NCBI GenBank assembly: GCA_023213395.1 | Contig: CM041465.1 | Span: forward strand, 58,907,741-58,971,740 | Origin: Cycas panzhihuaensis | Lineage: Eukaryota; Plantae; Cycadophyta | Length of the DNA stretch: 64,000 nucleotides | Direction: 5' to 3' | Shown: in pieces, positions 11,903 through 24,200 of the stretch | Numbering within the stretch: the first letter of the stretch is position 1 | Layout: every line of letters starts with the position of its first letter | Notes under the pieces: generated by a model | Databases searched by the model: none | Seen by the model: the letters and a program-made list of their open reading frames with translations, nothing else | Told to the model about the DNA's origin: nothing | Position numbers and translations under genes: made by a program

Positions 11903-14063
11903 TCACATCCTAACCTGCATCATACCCGACTGCTGCCCCTCTCCGGAGGCGTCATCTCCTGGTCGGTGTGATCTCTCTCCTGGGGACCACATGCCTCCTA
12001 GACTTCTCTGTAGCCTCCGGGAGCTCCCAGCCTCGTTTCCCCCATCGCGTGGCCTCCTCGGTGTCATCGCCGCTGTGTAGGTATGTGTCCTGTTCTGGCT
12101 CAACCTTGACGTCACTTGATCCACCAGCTGATCGTATCGAGCCTAGATATGATCTCTCTCACCCTCTACTCCCCAGAGTCTCTCCTCCATGCTCCGGAAC
12201 TTCTCCTCCATCCCTCGGAGATGCTCCTAAGGGAACATCTCCCTCACCACAACCTCCACCAACCATTGGATCTCTGTAGTACCTGTAAACCCAACATGCT
12301 ATATGTTAGTATATATCTAGCCACATACCAAACTGAAACCAAATCAAAGCGTGTGAGCATCTGGCTATCAAACAACGAGGAAAGTAAGGCCTCACCTACT
12401 GCGGTACCGGCTCCTCACTTTGTCTGATGGCCTCGCCTGCAGCACTCCACCCATTGCTTGGTGCCTCCTCCTATGCAACTACCTCCACTGCTAGAGCTTG
12501 CATCCCTCCCTTTCCTGGTGGAGCTATCCCCCTACGTCTCTCCACAATCCTCAATCTCTGAGCTCATGTCACAGGCCCCCTCATCTCCTTGACAGTCCCT
12601 GATGGGCCTGCCTCCTCTATAGCTCATGATGGGCTGGCCCCATCTCCTCCATCGCCTCCATCTCCTCCATCACTGCCGTCATCGTCTCCGGGGGCAACTC
12701 CTACCACTCCTGCTTCCTCGTCACTATCCCATCTCATCGCTCAATAGGGATCTGAGTTGTAGTCAGTCATGGTAAGGAGATCTAGCGACATAGCGTCCAC
12801 GGACCTCCTGACGTGTGCTTGATCCTCAACTCCCCTAAACTGGGTTTGCCATTTGTGTACCATGGGTGCCCACTCTAATATGGGGTGTGGTCCCCCTGGT
12901 GGTGCCATTGCTACAAAGTGATTGAAGAACCAGCACTGCAAGAGGGTGCTGTAAGACAATCCACCTCTACCCGCCATCCTAATAGCGTCCAACTGAGCGG
13001 CAAGGTTCACCGCTACGAGGGTGGCCCAATCCAATTGCTCCCCAGCGTTACACCTCTGTACCGCATCGATCCAGCGACCTGGGATGTCTCTATAGTTCTA
13101 TTTCTGGGATATCTGGAACATAAGGCATAGTGTGATCAGCTTCCTCACACGAGGAATCCCAGATATCACCATACTCTGCAGAGGCACTCCTTACCTCTCC
13201 CACCTGTCTTGGCCCATAAAAAACATAGCTGCCTCTCGATGGGCTGCCTTGTTGCTAGGCAATGCTCCTAGCGAGGCTAGTCTCCCTGTCACTGGCAATC
13301 CAAGGATCCACCAGATATGTTTGGGTGTCACTGTCACGTCCCCTACTTGGGGCAGATAGAACACGTGTCTCCGCCTGTCCCAATGCGACACGATGTCTAA
13401 CAACAACCTCTGATCCGATATGTACTGTGGCATCCTTGTGACCTTCAGTAGGCCACATCGCGCCAGGATCTACCGATCCTCCCTTATCATCAACTCTATA
13501 AAACTCAACATAGCCATACCAATGTTCTCGTGGTTCTCCACTGCGATCACCACCTGTAAAAGGCCATCAAATGTGTCAATCTATAGCCAACACCTACTCT
13601 CGGCCTCTTAGGGCTCTCCCTCAGCCTCATTTGGTCGAGACTTGGGGATGCTTGGGGCCTCCTTTTCATTTTTCACTCATTCTATCTTCGCACCGCGTTA
13701 AACTTCGTGGTACCGCTGAGTTTAGGCCAGGTCCCACGACGATCAGGGCCCCGCGGCAAAGATTGTGGCACTGCGATCTTTGCTATGGTGCAAACATCGC
13801 CCCCTAAAAGGGGGGGTTCCCAGACCCAAAAAACCCCAAAAATTCCTTGTGGTAGGCCACAGTTAGGTCCAATAGGACTAGGGCTGCTTAATGCCTTGGT
13901 CCCGCCCCTCTCTGTGTCTAATTCAGACTCTGGGAGGTTATTTTTCGCCCTTAAGGGGCCCAAAAATTACATTAAAATTTCATAAAAAAGAATCAAAACT
14001 CAAATGTGATTTCGAGAGGGGTTTTGGCAATCCACTCACTGGATTAGGCCGTGCGGTTATCAT
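11903..14063 (-). pseudogene. Antisense three-exon PMD gene of element A
   Basis: Exons 14063-14040, 13553-12396, 12282-11903 with GT-AG introns. PMD motifs LLLDIVSHWDRRRHVFYLPQVGDVTVT..ILGLPVTG and DWATLVAVNL...LLQCWFFNHF, then an acidic/Gly/Arg low-complexity tail. Contains stops. Confidence 0.85.
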
Positions 14064-14772
14064 CTCGCTCTCCCAGTCGCACTGGCTGCCTCCTCGCTTC
14101 GATCCAATGGCCAGATCTCTCACTGCGTGTCCCGAAAATGGGGTAGTGCTCCGCTGCATAAGGAACGAGCTCTGGATTTCGTACGAGAGCTCGTGAAAAT
14201 GAAATCCTTTTTCGTTCGAGTTTTCTTATATAGGCAGGGCCCCCCTTGGGCACTTCCTCATTTTTCGCCTTTAAAGCAGACTTTAAGACCACATTTTTGC
14301 CCTAGCCAACATTGCTTTCTGGCCCAGTTCCTCTTTTTCTCTCCGTGGTCTCCTTTCGATCGTTTCTCTCGATGCATTAATGATGCCCCAAGTGGCTCAT
14401 TTTTGTCGAAGCCCCCCTTATCTCGTTTTGCGTGCCACTCCCATGCATGCCTGAGTTTATACTCGTTTGGCTCATTTCGCTGTCCTAGACTCGCTTTCAC
14501 AACCTATTTTTGCTCTTAGCACTCCCATAGGGAGTGTCCCCTCTGGCCGGGCACCCCTTTGTGCTTCCTTAAGCCAGTTTGGGCACCCTAAAGGCCCCTT
14601 TTTCCACCATTTTCTTCCCCATTGGTGGGGTAGCTTTCCCTACCTTTAGGTCACCTCATTGCCAGGCCTTCATACCCCTTCATGGCTATCGTTACTAGCC
14701 ACATAGGGTCCTCTTCTTACCTCTTTCTTCAGTTATATTGCACTTCTTTCAGCAAAGAAGTCGTTCTTACTC

Positions 14773-15180
14773 ACGGCTCTTTTCATTTTCACCGATGGCA
14801 GAAGCCACGGTAATCCTGGTCCTTCTACAACCGCATGGATAATCTGTGATTCCTTTAGGCATGACTACCTATGCTCTAGAATCTTCCTTCCTGAGGCAAC
14901 CAATAATGAAGCTGAGTAAACGGCCATTATTAAAACCTTCACCAACATATTACGTTTCTATCACATACCCGTCATCCTTCTTTGCGACTCCCAAGTAGTG
15001 GCGTCTCATCTCATCCAAGTTACCAGGTGTGGTACCTATGCTTGAGAGCCTTAGCGTCGATCGTGAGGTCACTATTGGCTCACTTCTAGTCCTTCGACAT
15101 TTGCCATATTCCTCGGGCCCTCAATGCTGAGGCTGACAGCCTCGTTCGCCTCATCCTTGAGCATCGCCTCCCTCTTCTCA
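14773..15180 (+). pseudogene. Free-standing archaeal-type RNase H (aRH) of element A
   Basis: Translates to FIFTDGRSHGNPGPS...ATNNEAE*..A...CDSQVV...HIPRALNAEADSL; one stop, a frameshift, and ACG where C has ATG. Confidence 0.88.
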
Positions 15181-15549
15181 GTGACTACCTTTGAGAGACT
15201 TGCTTGGCCTGCCCGTTGCCCAAGTCTCTGGCTGCCTTTCTCCCAACTTGTTTGTCTAGTCTGTTGGTTGTCCTTATATTATCCATTGCATTTTAGTGAT
15301 GGGGGCATCCCCCCTTTTTCATTCCTTTCATCTTCAGGTCGACTTCCAGATGACACATAGGCAGCCCCTATGTTGCCCTCGTCTTTGTTTCCCTTATCTA
15401 TGCATTCCGCCACGACACTCACCGACACCCTTGGTCTATATTCTTTTCATGATTTATATATACACATGTGCTACTAACAGTTTTTGGTTGCCAACATTCG
15501 CCATCACACCATGCTTCCAAGCAGTGAGACTCTGCTGCCAATGGGACAG

Positions 15550-18261
15550 TGTTTCTCGGCTATCGGGAATGGACTTGAGACAAGTCAACTTAGGTAAGCA
15601 CATGTATATACTTCTCACTTTTATGCTCACTTTCGCTTGGTAGAAGTTGTTTAGAGTATTGTTTGATGCATGTTTGCTTGTCTTTTGTATGATCACATTG
15701 CCTTCTCTGCTTGATCACATTGCTTGCACCTGCTGCATACTATTTAGCCTATGACGACCCACCATGGGGCACTCCTCAGCGAGTCATGCATCCCATATGA
15801 CACTCAGCTACCCGCAACACCTCCACAACTCCTCAAATATTGTTGTTGGTAGCGATCTGCTCACATCAACACTCCTGTCACCACTTTGAGCCCCCTTCTA
15901 GGTGTGATAGGACCTCTCCGAGACTTGTTTCTCTCTTTCAGCCATTTGCCAGCTACCTGGGCATGAGCTCCCAGCTTGCCAGGCCTCTGCACACCCCTCT
16001 GTTTGGCTTTAGTTCTTGGTTTTATCTTTATTTTGGCTCCACTGCTACAAACTAAGCGGTACCGCGAAGTTTGTCGCGGTACCATGAAGTTTACTGCGGT
16101 GCGACTATCTAAATTTATTTTCTTTAATCCAACGTGGAAATTCTCGCTCTTTTCATGGAATTGCCATGTGGCACCTTCGATTACTCACCCCTACCATAAC
16201 CCTAATTGTTCGTTTAGACTTGGGATGAGTATAAAACCTAAAAACGAATTTATTTTGCTCTCTTTTTCACTCATTTTTGCTCTCTACTCCTCCTTACATT
16301 CTGCTATTTCCCCCAGATCTGCTCCTCTACTCTAGCTCCTCTTTCACAGGTGCATCTACTGCATCTCAGGCCCTACTGTAGCGGCTCCAAGCTTCCCTTT
16401 ATAGGTCCTATTCATGGAAGGAGAATACTCTCAGTGCACCAACAAGCAAGCTCCAGGGACTAAGAGCGGTGTCCACATTTTGCCTCCCTTTCAGCCTAGG
16501 TCTAAAAAGCCTTCTTGACACAAGTTTTTCCTCTGGTTTTTAGTAGAAAAGGACTCTCCTCTTCTGCCCTACAGGTACCCTTTCAACATCCCTTAGGTTT
16601 TCCTGTGATTTCTTTCCTTTATGAGAAGTTCTTTGGTTAATTTTTGCTCCTCTCTTTTCACTCCAAAGGAGCTTATCTCTTTGCTTCCTGTCCTGTACTG
16701 TTTTTCCTCTCTTTTCCTGCAAGCCTACTCTAGGGTGGCTGTGTAAGAGGGTTGCATAAGGTTGGGTGAAGGGAGAAAGGTGGGATCCATCCCCTTGTTG
16801 GCCTTCTCCCCAAGGGTTTACCCTTCCCTTCCTTCCTCTTCCACTCCGTGCCTCCCTCTGGAGTTGGGTTAGGGATAGTGAGAGGCTTATCCCAGTTCTG
16901 AAATCAGCATTGGAATCCCTCACCACACTGGTTTCAAATTTGCACCCTCAGGTTTTGGGTGTCACATAAGCCCCGAAACCTATCCCAGTTCAGTTTTGAT
17001 CTTTGGCTTACCCCAGCGTGACGATTTACTGTTCGTAGCACCTCGTCCCTTGGGTCTACCCGTGCACCATCCCGTTGGTTTGTTATCTCTTCTACTTGCT
17101 ATCCAGAACAGCCATCACACTCTTATCTTTTCCCATTGAGGCTACTTGGAGGTATTTACAGGTAGGTTGGCCATTCCGAGGCTAACCTTCCAATCTTAGT
17201 TATTGCTTGGTGCTGCCTAGATCTGAGATTTGTTCGGTGGTTTTTGGAATACAGTGCATTACTTTTTAGCTTAATTTATTAGCCATCTTTTACATTTATA
17301 TACATATTAGACGTACTTGGTAGCCCCCTTCTCTGGAAGGGAGAAACCTTTTCTTGTGATTGACAGGTTCACAGTGGCGAAAGCACGGAAGAGGTGGACT
17401 TCTTTGATAGGTAGGCCCTTTACTAGTGGTTCTTTCAGTTTCTTCCTTGTCTCCTTTTTTCGCTATTTTGCTTTCACATATAGAGGAAGGTAAGGTAGCC
17501 CCTCATCTATTTTGGTAACCATCTCCAACTAGTCCCACACCCATGTGGCAAGTTCGAGTTGACGAATGCAAAAGGAGTGGAAGGGTGCGATGTTTCATCC
17601 ACGCTTCACTCCCAAGTACGCCTCCTCTCTTTCTTGTCTCTTTTTTGTGCTTTTGATGTTTACTTGCAAACTTTGCATGCTAAGTCACATAAGAAACAAA
17701 AGGGAAATGAACACATCTCTTGCATTCATAAGCTCTTTCTTTTCGTAATTACTTACTTCATATGTAGATAGGACTTATATATGAACCGCGTACTCTTTAA
17801 GCCCCATCTCATCCATACGTAAGACGATTTGTCCCTTAGTCTTACCTTTGATACTTCGCATACTCTTGCTTGACATACTACATAACAACCTAATCCTAGT
17901 CTACATCCCTCTCCTACTTGAGCTAGGCCGTCATATATCACACGTACCTACTTGCACGCTGCCTTCTCCCTCCTGTGAGAAGACACAACCTTCTAGAGTC
18001 CCCCCTCCTCTTCCCGGCCATCCAAGGGATAGGTGGGCCTCCTCCTTTGGGGTAACCCAAGGCCTTGCCTTGCGTCCTCTTTCTGAAGATTACCCTAAGC
18101 TAATTAGGCACCATTCGTGGGTCCCGAACTCATGCTCCAGTGCACGGATGCCCTGCGTGGTGTTCTTTCTTGCCATTAGGATCCCATCTATAACCCAACC
18201 ACTACCATTGATAGTCTATTTCCTTCTAAGCATAGAAGACCATCCCGTAGATGCGAATCTA
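15550..18261 (+). repeat. 3' LTR of element A
   Basis: TGTTTC...GAATCTA, followed by TSD GATGG; preceded by a weak PPT (AATGGGACAG). Confidence 0.96.
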
Positions 18262-18920
18262 GATGGCTATGGTGAGGAGATACGAGGCCAGAGAGAGGTT
18301 GGATTAGGCTACCTTGATAGCGATAAATATGGTGGCACAGTTAGACATGATCCAAGTGGTAGGGAGAGGTAATTTTTCATATTTCACCCTACTGCAATAC
18401 TAGTTATTTGATTACTTTAGGGCAATGGCACCACCTAGAGGGCCTCATCGTATCTCAACATGAGTGCCCATGGTACATAGGTGGCAAACTTGGTTAAGGG
18501 GAATCGAGGATCAGGTACACATCAAGAGGTTCATGGAGGCAACATCCTTAAACCTCCTCACCCTGGCAGACTATACAATAGACCCATATTGGGGGGTGTA
18601 TTGGAATAGTGATGATGTAACATGGGAGTTGGGAGATGACCCAGATGAGGGTGGAGATGATGACAGAGGTGATGGGGCAGGCCTATTAGGAGTCACAGGA
18701 GGAGAGGTAGGTCCTTTAAGAGTTATAGGAGGAGAGGCAAATCCTTCAAGAGTTGTAGGAGGGGATAGGCCACTAGCACAGAGAGAGAGAGTAGCAGGTA
18801 GAGCTCCAGAGGCAGTAGTGGCAATGGCAGCAGCATGGAGACTAAAATAACCATAATAGATAGAGAAGAGGAGGTAGGACAGGCCCCAATAGCCCAAGAG
18901 ATAGGAGAGGTGGTATCAGA

Positions 18921-19597
18921 TGTTAGGTAATGTGACAACAATAGTTGGAGGCTAAACTTTTGACATGTTAGCAGCATGGTTTCCCCCCCAAACCTTCCTC
19001 GGGGGGTTCCAAGGGGGGTGGGAGGCCCCCTTGGCTAGGGGAGTGCGGGGGCTGTGGAACGCCCCCCACAAAGAGGGGGTTCGGGGGTGATAGCCCCTGA
19101 CCCAAAAATTTAGCATTGGAAAGTATATTAAATTGTAAAGAGAATCATGGTCATTCGCTCAAAATACCATAGATTCTACGGTCGAGATTTATGCCTTGGA
19201 TGACCCTCTCATGTAGCCCGATTTAGGGCATTTTTCATTATGTTGATAGTGTTCAATATACTGTGAGGTGTTGGGCGGCTGGTTGTTGTTGTTGTGAGCA
19301 CTCTGCTACAGGATTATGTACATTTTCTCTATTCTTTGATAATAAAGATCGATACCTTTCTTGTGTAGATGTTTCCCTAGCACACTGCTAGGGTTTTACC
19401 ATGTTATATTGGGTGTATATGTGATGTTTGGCTTTCTTATTTATTTTATTATTTTATCTCTAGTTTTAAGAACTTACATATTAAATTTTAGTTTTGATTC
19501 CTGTAACTAGTTACAAGAATAGTTTAGATCTTGGTGGTAGTTTAAGGGTTGGGACCTTATCTTCTCAACACCCGAGGTCGAGGAAGGTGGTCCAACA
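18921..19597. mobile_element. Putative solo LTR of an unrelated family, inserted in B's PMD gene
   Basis: TGTTAG...CCAACA ends, GC-rich G/C-run block then T-rich tail; absent from the A and C PMD genes. No clean TSD; left end could be 18931. Confidence 0.5.
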
Positions 19598-21215
19598 AAT
19601 AAGGGAGCTCCTGTGAAGGAGGTGGTTGTCAGAGTTGAGGAGCCAGCTGTCCCAGGAGGTGAGATACTACCCTTACTCGACATCTTTCGACCACTAGCTG
19701 CTTAGATAGCTTCCTTCAATTTAATTTTGATGCTTTCATATATACATATATATGTATAGACTAACACATGGTATGTGTAGTTTGGCAAGTGCAATAGAGA
19801 TGGGGAGGTTATTGGAGGTGGTAGTCTAGGAAGTATTCCCCCAGGGTCTATGAGGAGGGACAACCTTCCATCTAGGCTAGAGAGGAGCCTCAATCAACAA
19901 GAGCACACACAACATCATTCACCCCATTAATCAGGGCCAGAGATATGTGGGTGACGGAGTCCCAAGGATACCAAGTGAGGGTAGGACAACTATACGAGGA
20001 GTTGGATGGACCCCGCACATAGAAGGACATGCAGTTACCAAGAGGGATACCCTACGAGGCTGGGCCCAGGTGCTAGAGGCCCAGGGAGGAGGAACAACAA
20101 GCAAGGATATAGGGATCTAGATCCAGATCTCCATACTGGAGGAGGGACTCTAGAGAGAAAAGGAGGAGAGGGATTGTATCTAGGCAAAATACAATTAACT
20201 AGTGGAGTAGGTTACCACTAGATCATCATGAAGTAGGTCTCATACACACACGATAACGACAACCTAGAGGAGGCCTCGGGATGAGGGGAGCGAGTTAGGG
20301 AGCTTAGAGCGGTGCAGGAAGAGCCTAGGAGGCATGTGGTCTCCTAGCGAGGGGTCTTGTAGATGAGGAGATGATACCCCCTCAAGGCAGGACCCTGATG
20401 AGCTAGATACACGATTAGTTTTGAGTAGGAAAGCATTGGACCTTCAGGGAGTTACTCCATATATAGACATATGATTGTACTTTCTCCCTACAAGGATTCC
20501 AACTTCATGAGGATGATGTACTATATGGCTTTGTATAATATGATTCATTATATATATATGTAGATGGGGGTCAATTGTCATCCCATTTGACTGATGATGA
20601 TGGCGTTGTGATGGTTTTATGATGTTGTATTGCTATATTATTTATTTATTTATTTATGCATATGCATAGAGAGATGGATGCATGGAGATATGGGTGCATA
20701 GGTGCATGAGGGATTATTCATCATGATGATTTTAGTTGATTTGTTATATATGGCTTTTGTTGTTAAATCACTTGGATGACACTTGTGTTTCCTTTCATAC
20801 AAGACCACACTTGTAGTGAGTACACACGACCACCATATATGTAGGTAATAGGTACGTAGTGGCTAAGAGAGGGAGATCCACACATGTCCATCAAGGGAGC
20901 ATAATAGATATGCAAAGGAAATAATGGTAAAGAGGGAGTACAGGTACTCAAGCAAGAGGTCCTAGTTGAGGTATGATTCTGAGCTCATGAGCGATGAAAG
21001 TTTATACATCCAATTAGGAGGAGAGGTTTCCCTTGGGAGGGAAACAAAAGGATGCCATAGAAGAGATGGAATTATAAAGGTGAGAGGCCACACTAAGCTG
21101 CCATCCCACCTATGCTTAGGGGGAATGAAGACACACTTAGAGTAGTGGTTTAGGCTCATTTTGGAGTGAGAAAGGAAGAAGGCGGTGCGCCTAATCTACT
21201 CAGGAGTAGGGAAGG

Positions 21216-24200
21216 TCACACATAAAATTCCTTTAGGAACTTACCATTGACAGCCTTCTCAAACTCAAGACCCTTTAGAGTTGCAATCTTGTAGGCATCA
21301 TTATCAAGACTTTTAAGAACAATGAAAGGACCAACCCATTTAGGCCCAAATTTAGACAAGCGATTGTGGAGATACTCTAACTTGATGACATAGTCCCTAG
21401 GATGCAAAGGGTGAGGGCAAAGGCATTTATCGTACATTCTTCACGCCCTAGATTTAGAGGCAAGATTCGCTTGATATGCGATCAAGCATCTCTCATCTAG
21501 AGATTCGAGGTCAAGGAGGCAGGCCTAACGATTGGATTCCTTGTCGATAAGACCTCAAAGGGAAACTCACAAGGAGAGAATTTCAACTTCCAAAGGGAGG
21601 ACTACCTCAGTTCTGTACATGAGGGAGAATGGGGTCATCCCTATGGCTGTGCAGATCGAAGTGTAATATGCCCATAAAACTAAGGGAAGTTGAAGGTGCC
21701 AGTTTTTTTGATATTGAGCAATGATTTTCTTCAAGATGTTTATGAGAGTTTTGTTGAAAGATTTAATGTAGCCATTGGCCTGAGGGTAATAAGGAGAGGA
21801 AGTCTTGTGGGATATCCAAAACTTCTCACAAATCTCATCCATTTCCTTCTTACAAAAGGGAGTTCTATTATCTATGATCAAGATATCAGGAACCCTAAAT
21901 CAACAGATAATATTCTAGTAGACGAAGGTAGCTATCACCTTACCAAAAGTAGAAGACAGGGGGACCACTTTGGCCCATTTAGTAAAGTATTCTATCATAG
22001 TCAAGATAAACTTGTGCTATGACGAAGAAGGAGGGTTATACCTCTAATAAGGTCTAATCCCTATTGGGAGAAAGGCCATGGAGAGATAATAAGGTATAAG
22101 AAGGCACTATTTTTGTGACACAGGGTGAGTGCCTAGAATGGTAGTGAGGTTATGGGTGATAATAGAAGAATATATTCTCTTCATGTCAATGTAGTCCCAT
22201 GCGAAGACGTCACAGAACTCCTGAAAAAGAAGGGTGTATTCCTTTATTTCTTCAGGAGAACATTCCCCTCCCACCTTGATGACCTTGTTGGGAGTAAGGA
22301 TAATGTCCTTGGTTTCCTCCATGCACATGGCATTCCCTTCCTCGAAGTGAAGGGGGGCTTGGTCAATAGGAACTGGTGAATAAGAGGAAGTTAGACTTGA
22401 GTCGGCTAAGGACAACCTAAGGGCTAAAATCTTCTGGTAACCAAGTTTATGGTGACTAGGAAGGAGATTGGGTGCAAAGCCTGCTAGATGCTTTAACAAG
22501 GCCTCATCATTCTCAAAATAATCTATCCCATGAATAGTTACACTTAGAGGAGATGAGGAGTGTGGAGTAAGAGGAGCTGTAGGACCATAGCAGTCGACCC
22601 ACCACTCAACATAGTCAGGAGACTCTTCGGAAGAGTCAGAGGGTGACCTCTTATGATAGATGATAAAAAGTTCCCTCACATCATTGCTCGAAGAGGGTGA
22701 TGAGGCAGGAGATGAAGTGAGATGGGAGGTCATATGAGAGACGGGAGTAATGATATGTGACTTGAGAGGAGGATTAAGCTCCTCAATAGAAGAGGCTTTA
22801 GGTTAAGAACTAAAATGAAGGGAGCACCCCCTACTCATGTTTAGGAGGGATATGGGATGATGGAGGTCCTTATCCTCACCGGTGGACTTATTGTTGCTCA
22901 GCACAGTGAGGTACCCATAACTCTCCACACCAATAGAGGCAAAACGAATGAGGTTAGAGGAAGAAAAGGGGGGCCTTATTCCGAGCAAGATGGACTAGGA
23001 ATGTCGATGGAGCAAGCAGAAGCATGGGCAGATGGGCTCTTGTTGCCCTTCGCCTAGTCATGAATCACTTGTCAGGATTGGTGTAATTACTTGGTAGGAG
23101 GAGGCTCCTAGGAAACAACATTCATTTGTCCTTCTTGGATGAATTTAAGTTGACCCAATGGGATGAACACATGACTCCCATCTGATTGAGCTATAGACAT
23201 CCCAACAAAAGGTTGTAATCTATGTCTACATTGAAGACTATAATGTTAGTAAGAGGAATGGAGATTGACCCCAAAGGCATCTTTTCACTACCATCATAGC
23301 GTTAACAATGCTATAGGATAAGCTTAAGAGCTATTATGCCCAACTCTTGCATGATTCGCAAGGGCATAGCGTTGACAGAAGAATCGTTGTCTACAATAGT
23401 CCTTCAAAGGGTACAGTCAGGAGTGTCTATGAATATAGTGAAAGGGTAGTACCATTAACATTCCCTTTCACCAATTAGAGGGAGATCTTTAAGGTCAAAT
23501 GAGATGACATGTCCATGGCTTGGGACAACACCCAAGACATGAACAAAAGCATCAACTAACCTTAAAGTCTCTAGGAGGAGAGTACGCTACTCTAGACAGA
23601 TTTTCAAGATGTCTATCATGGACATTCCTGCAACCATGGTGTGAAGCTCATCGATGATAGAGAAGGGCTTCCCCTTTACGATGGGTTGGGGAAGCACCCT
23701 TCAAAAATCATAATGATCAAGGTGAATAGGGATTGTTTTGGGAAGTGGAAAGATCTCCAAAGGAGGATTCTCCAAAGGACGGTCAAGATGAGAAGAAGAA
23801 GAAGCACATATTACTTCTTTAGTTGCTTGGGATCGGGTCAAGGCATATAAAGGCATGGTCTCAAGCATCTAGATGACTCTCTTTCCCTTATTATAAGATC
23901 AAGAGGGAGAAGGAGTTCAATGGTGGGAATCAGAAGAGGAAGAGGGGTTCCTTGCCCCCTTTACCTTGGTTTGCATGGGATGAGGGTTGGGGGACCTTCC
24001 CCTATTTCAATTCTCTTTTTATTAGGTATGATGATCTCGTTCCCTATGTTTGGGGGAAGGATCTCTATGAACGAGTTGGTCTAAATTGGGCCTAAATGCC
24101 TATTTAGGAGAAGAGTCATGATGTGAGGTGGATTTGGGATGTTGTGCCCTACACTGTGAGTCCTCATGAAAGTACTCACCATGAGTGGAACACCATTTTT

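Larger units (their letters stand above)
1571..18261 (+). mobile_element. Element A: full-length (16.7 kb) Ty3/gypsy Tat-lineage LTR retrotransposon, decayed
   Basis: Two ~2.7-kb LTRs, 5-bp TSD GATGG (1566-1570 and 18262-18266), tRNA-Arg-type PBS, gag-PR-RT-RH-INT order, extra RNase H downstream. Confidence 0.97.
552..20425 (+). pseudogene. Plant Mobile Domain (PMD, aminotransferase-like/MAIN-like) gene of element B, split by element A
   Basis: Exon 1 552-575, intron GTAAGT..TTTACAG 576-1083. Exon 2 encodes DQHLLMDIVSHWDCRQYVFHFPWVGDVIVILGDIKRILGVPI (PMD W..H.FHLP.G..T.TL.D...ILG.P motif) and resumes at 18262. Second donor at 19659. In-frame stops present; 3' end approximate. Confidence 0.8.

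Noticed and set aside
11156-15549. env-like gene in the pol to 3' LTR interval
   Set aside because: No sense-strand ORF with transmembrane character; the interval is explained by PMD and aRH.
17848-18372. 174-aa ORF
   Set aside because: Chance read-through from A's 3' LTR across the TSD into B's PMD frame; the 5' LTR equivalent has stops.
18911-18920. TGGTATCAGA resembling a Met-i PBS
   Set aside because: Lies before, not after, the putative LTR and within PMD-tail coding sequence; probably coincidental.
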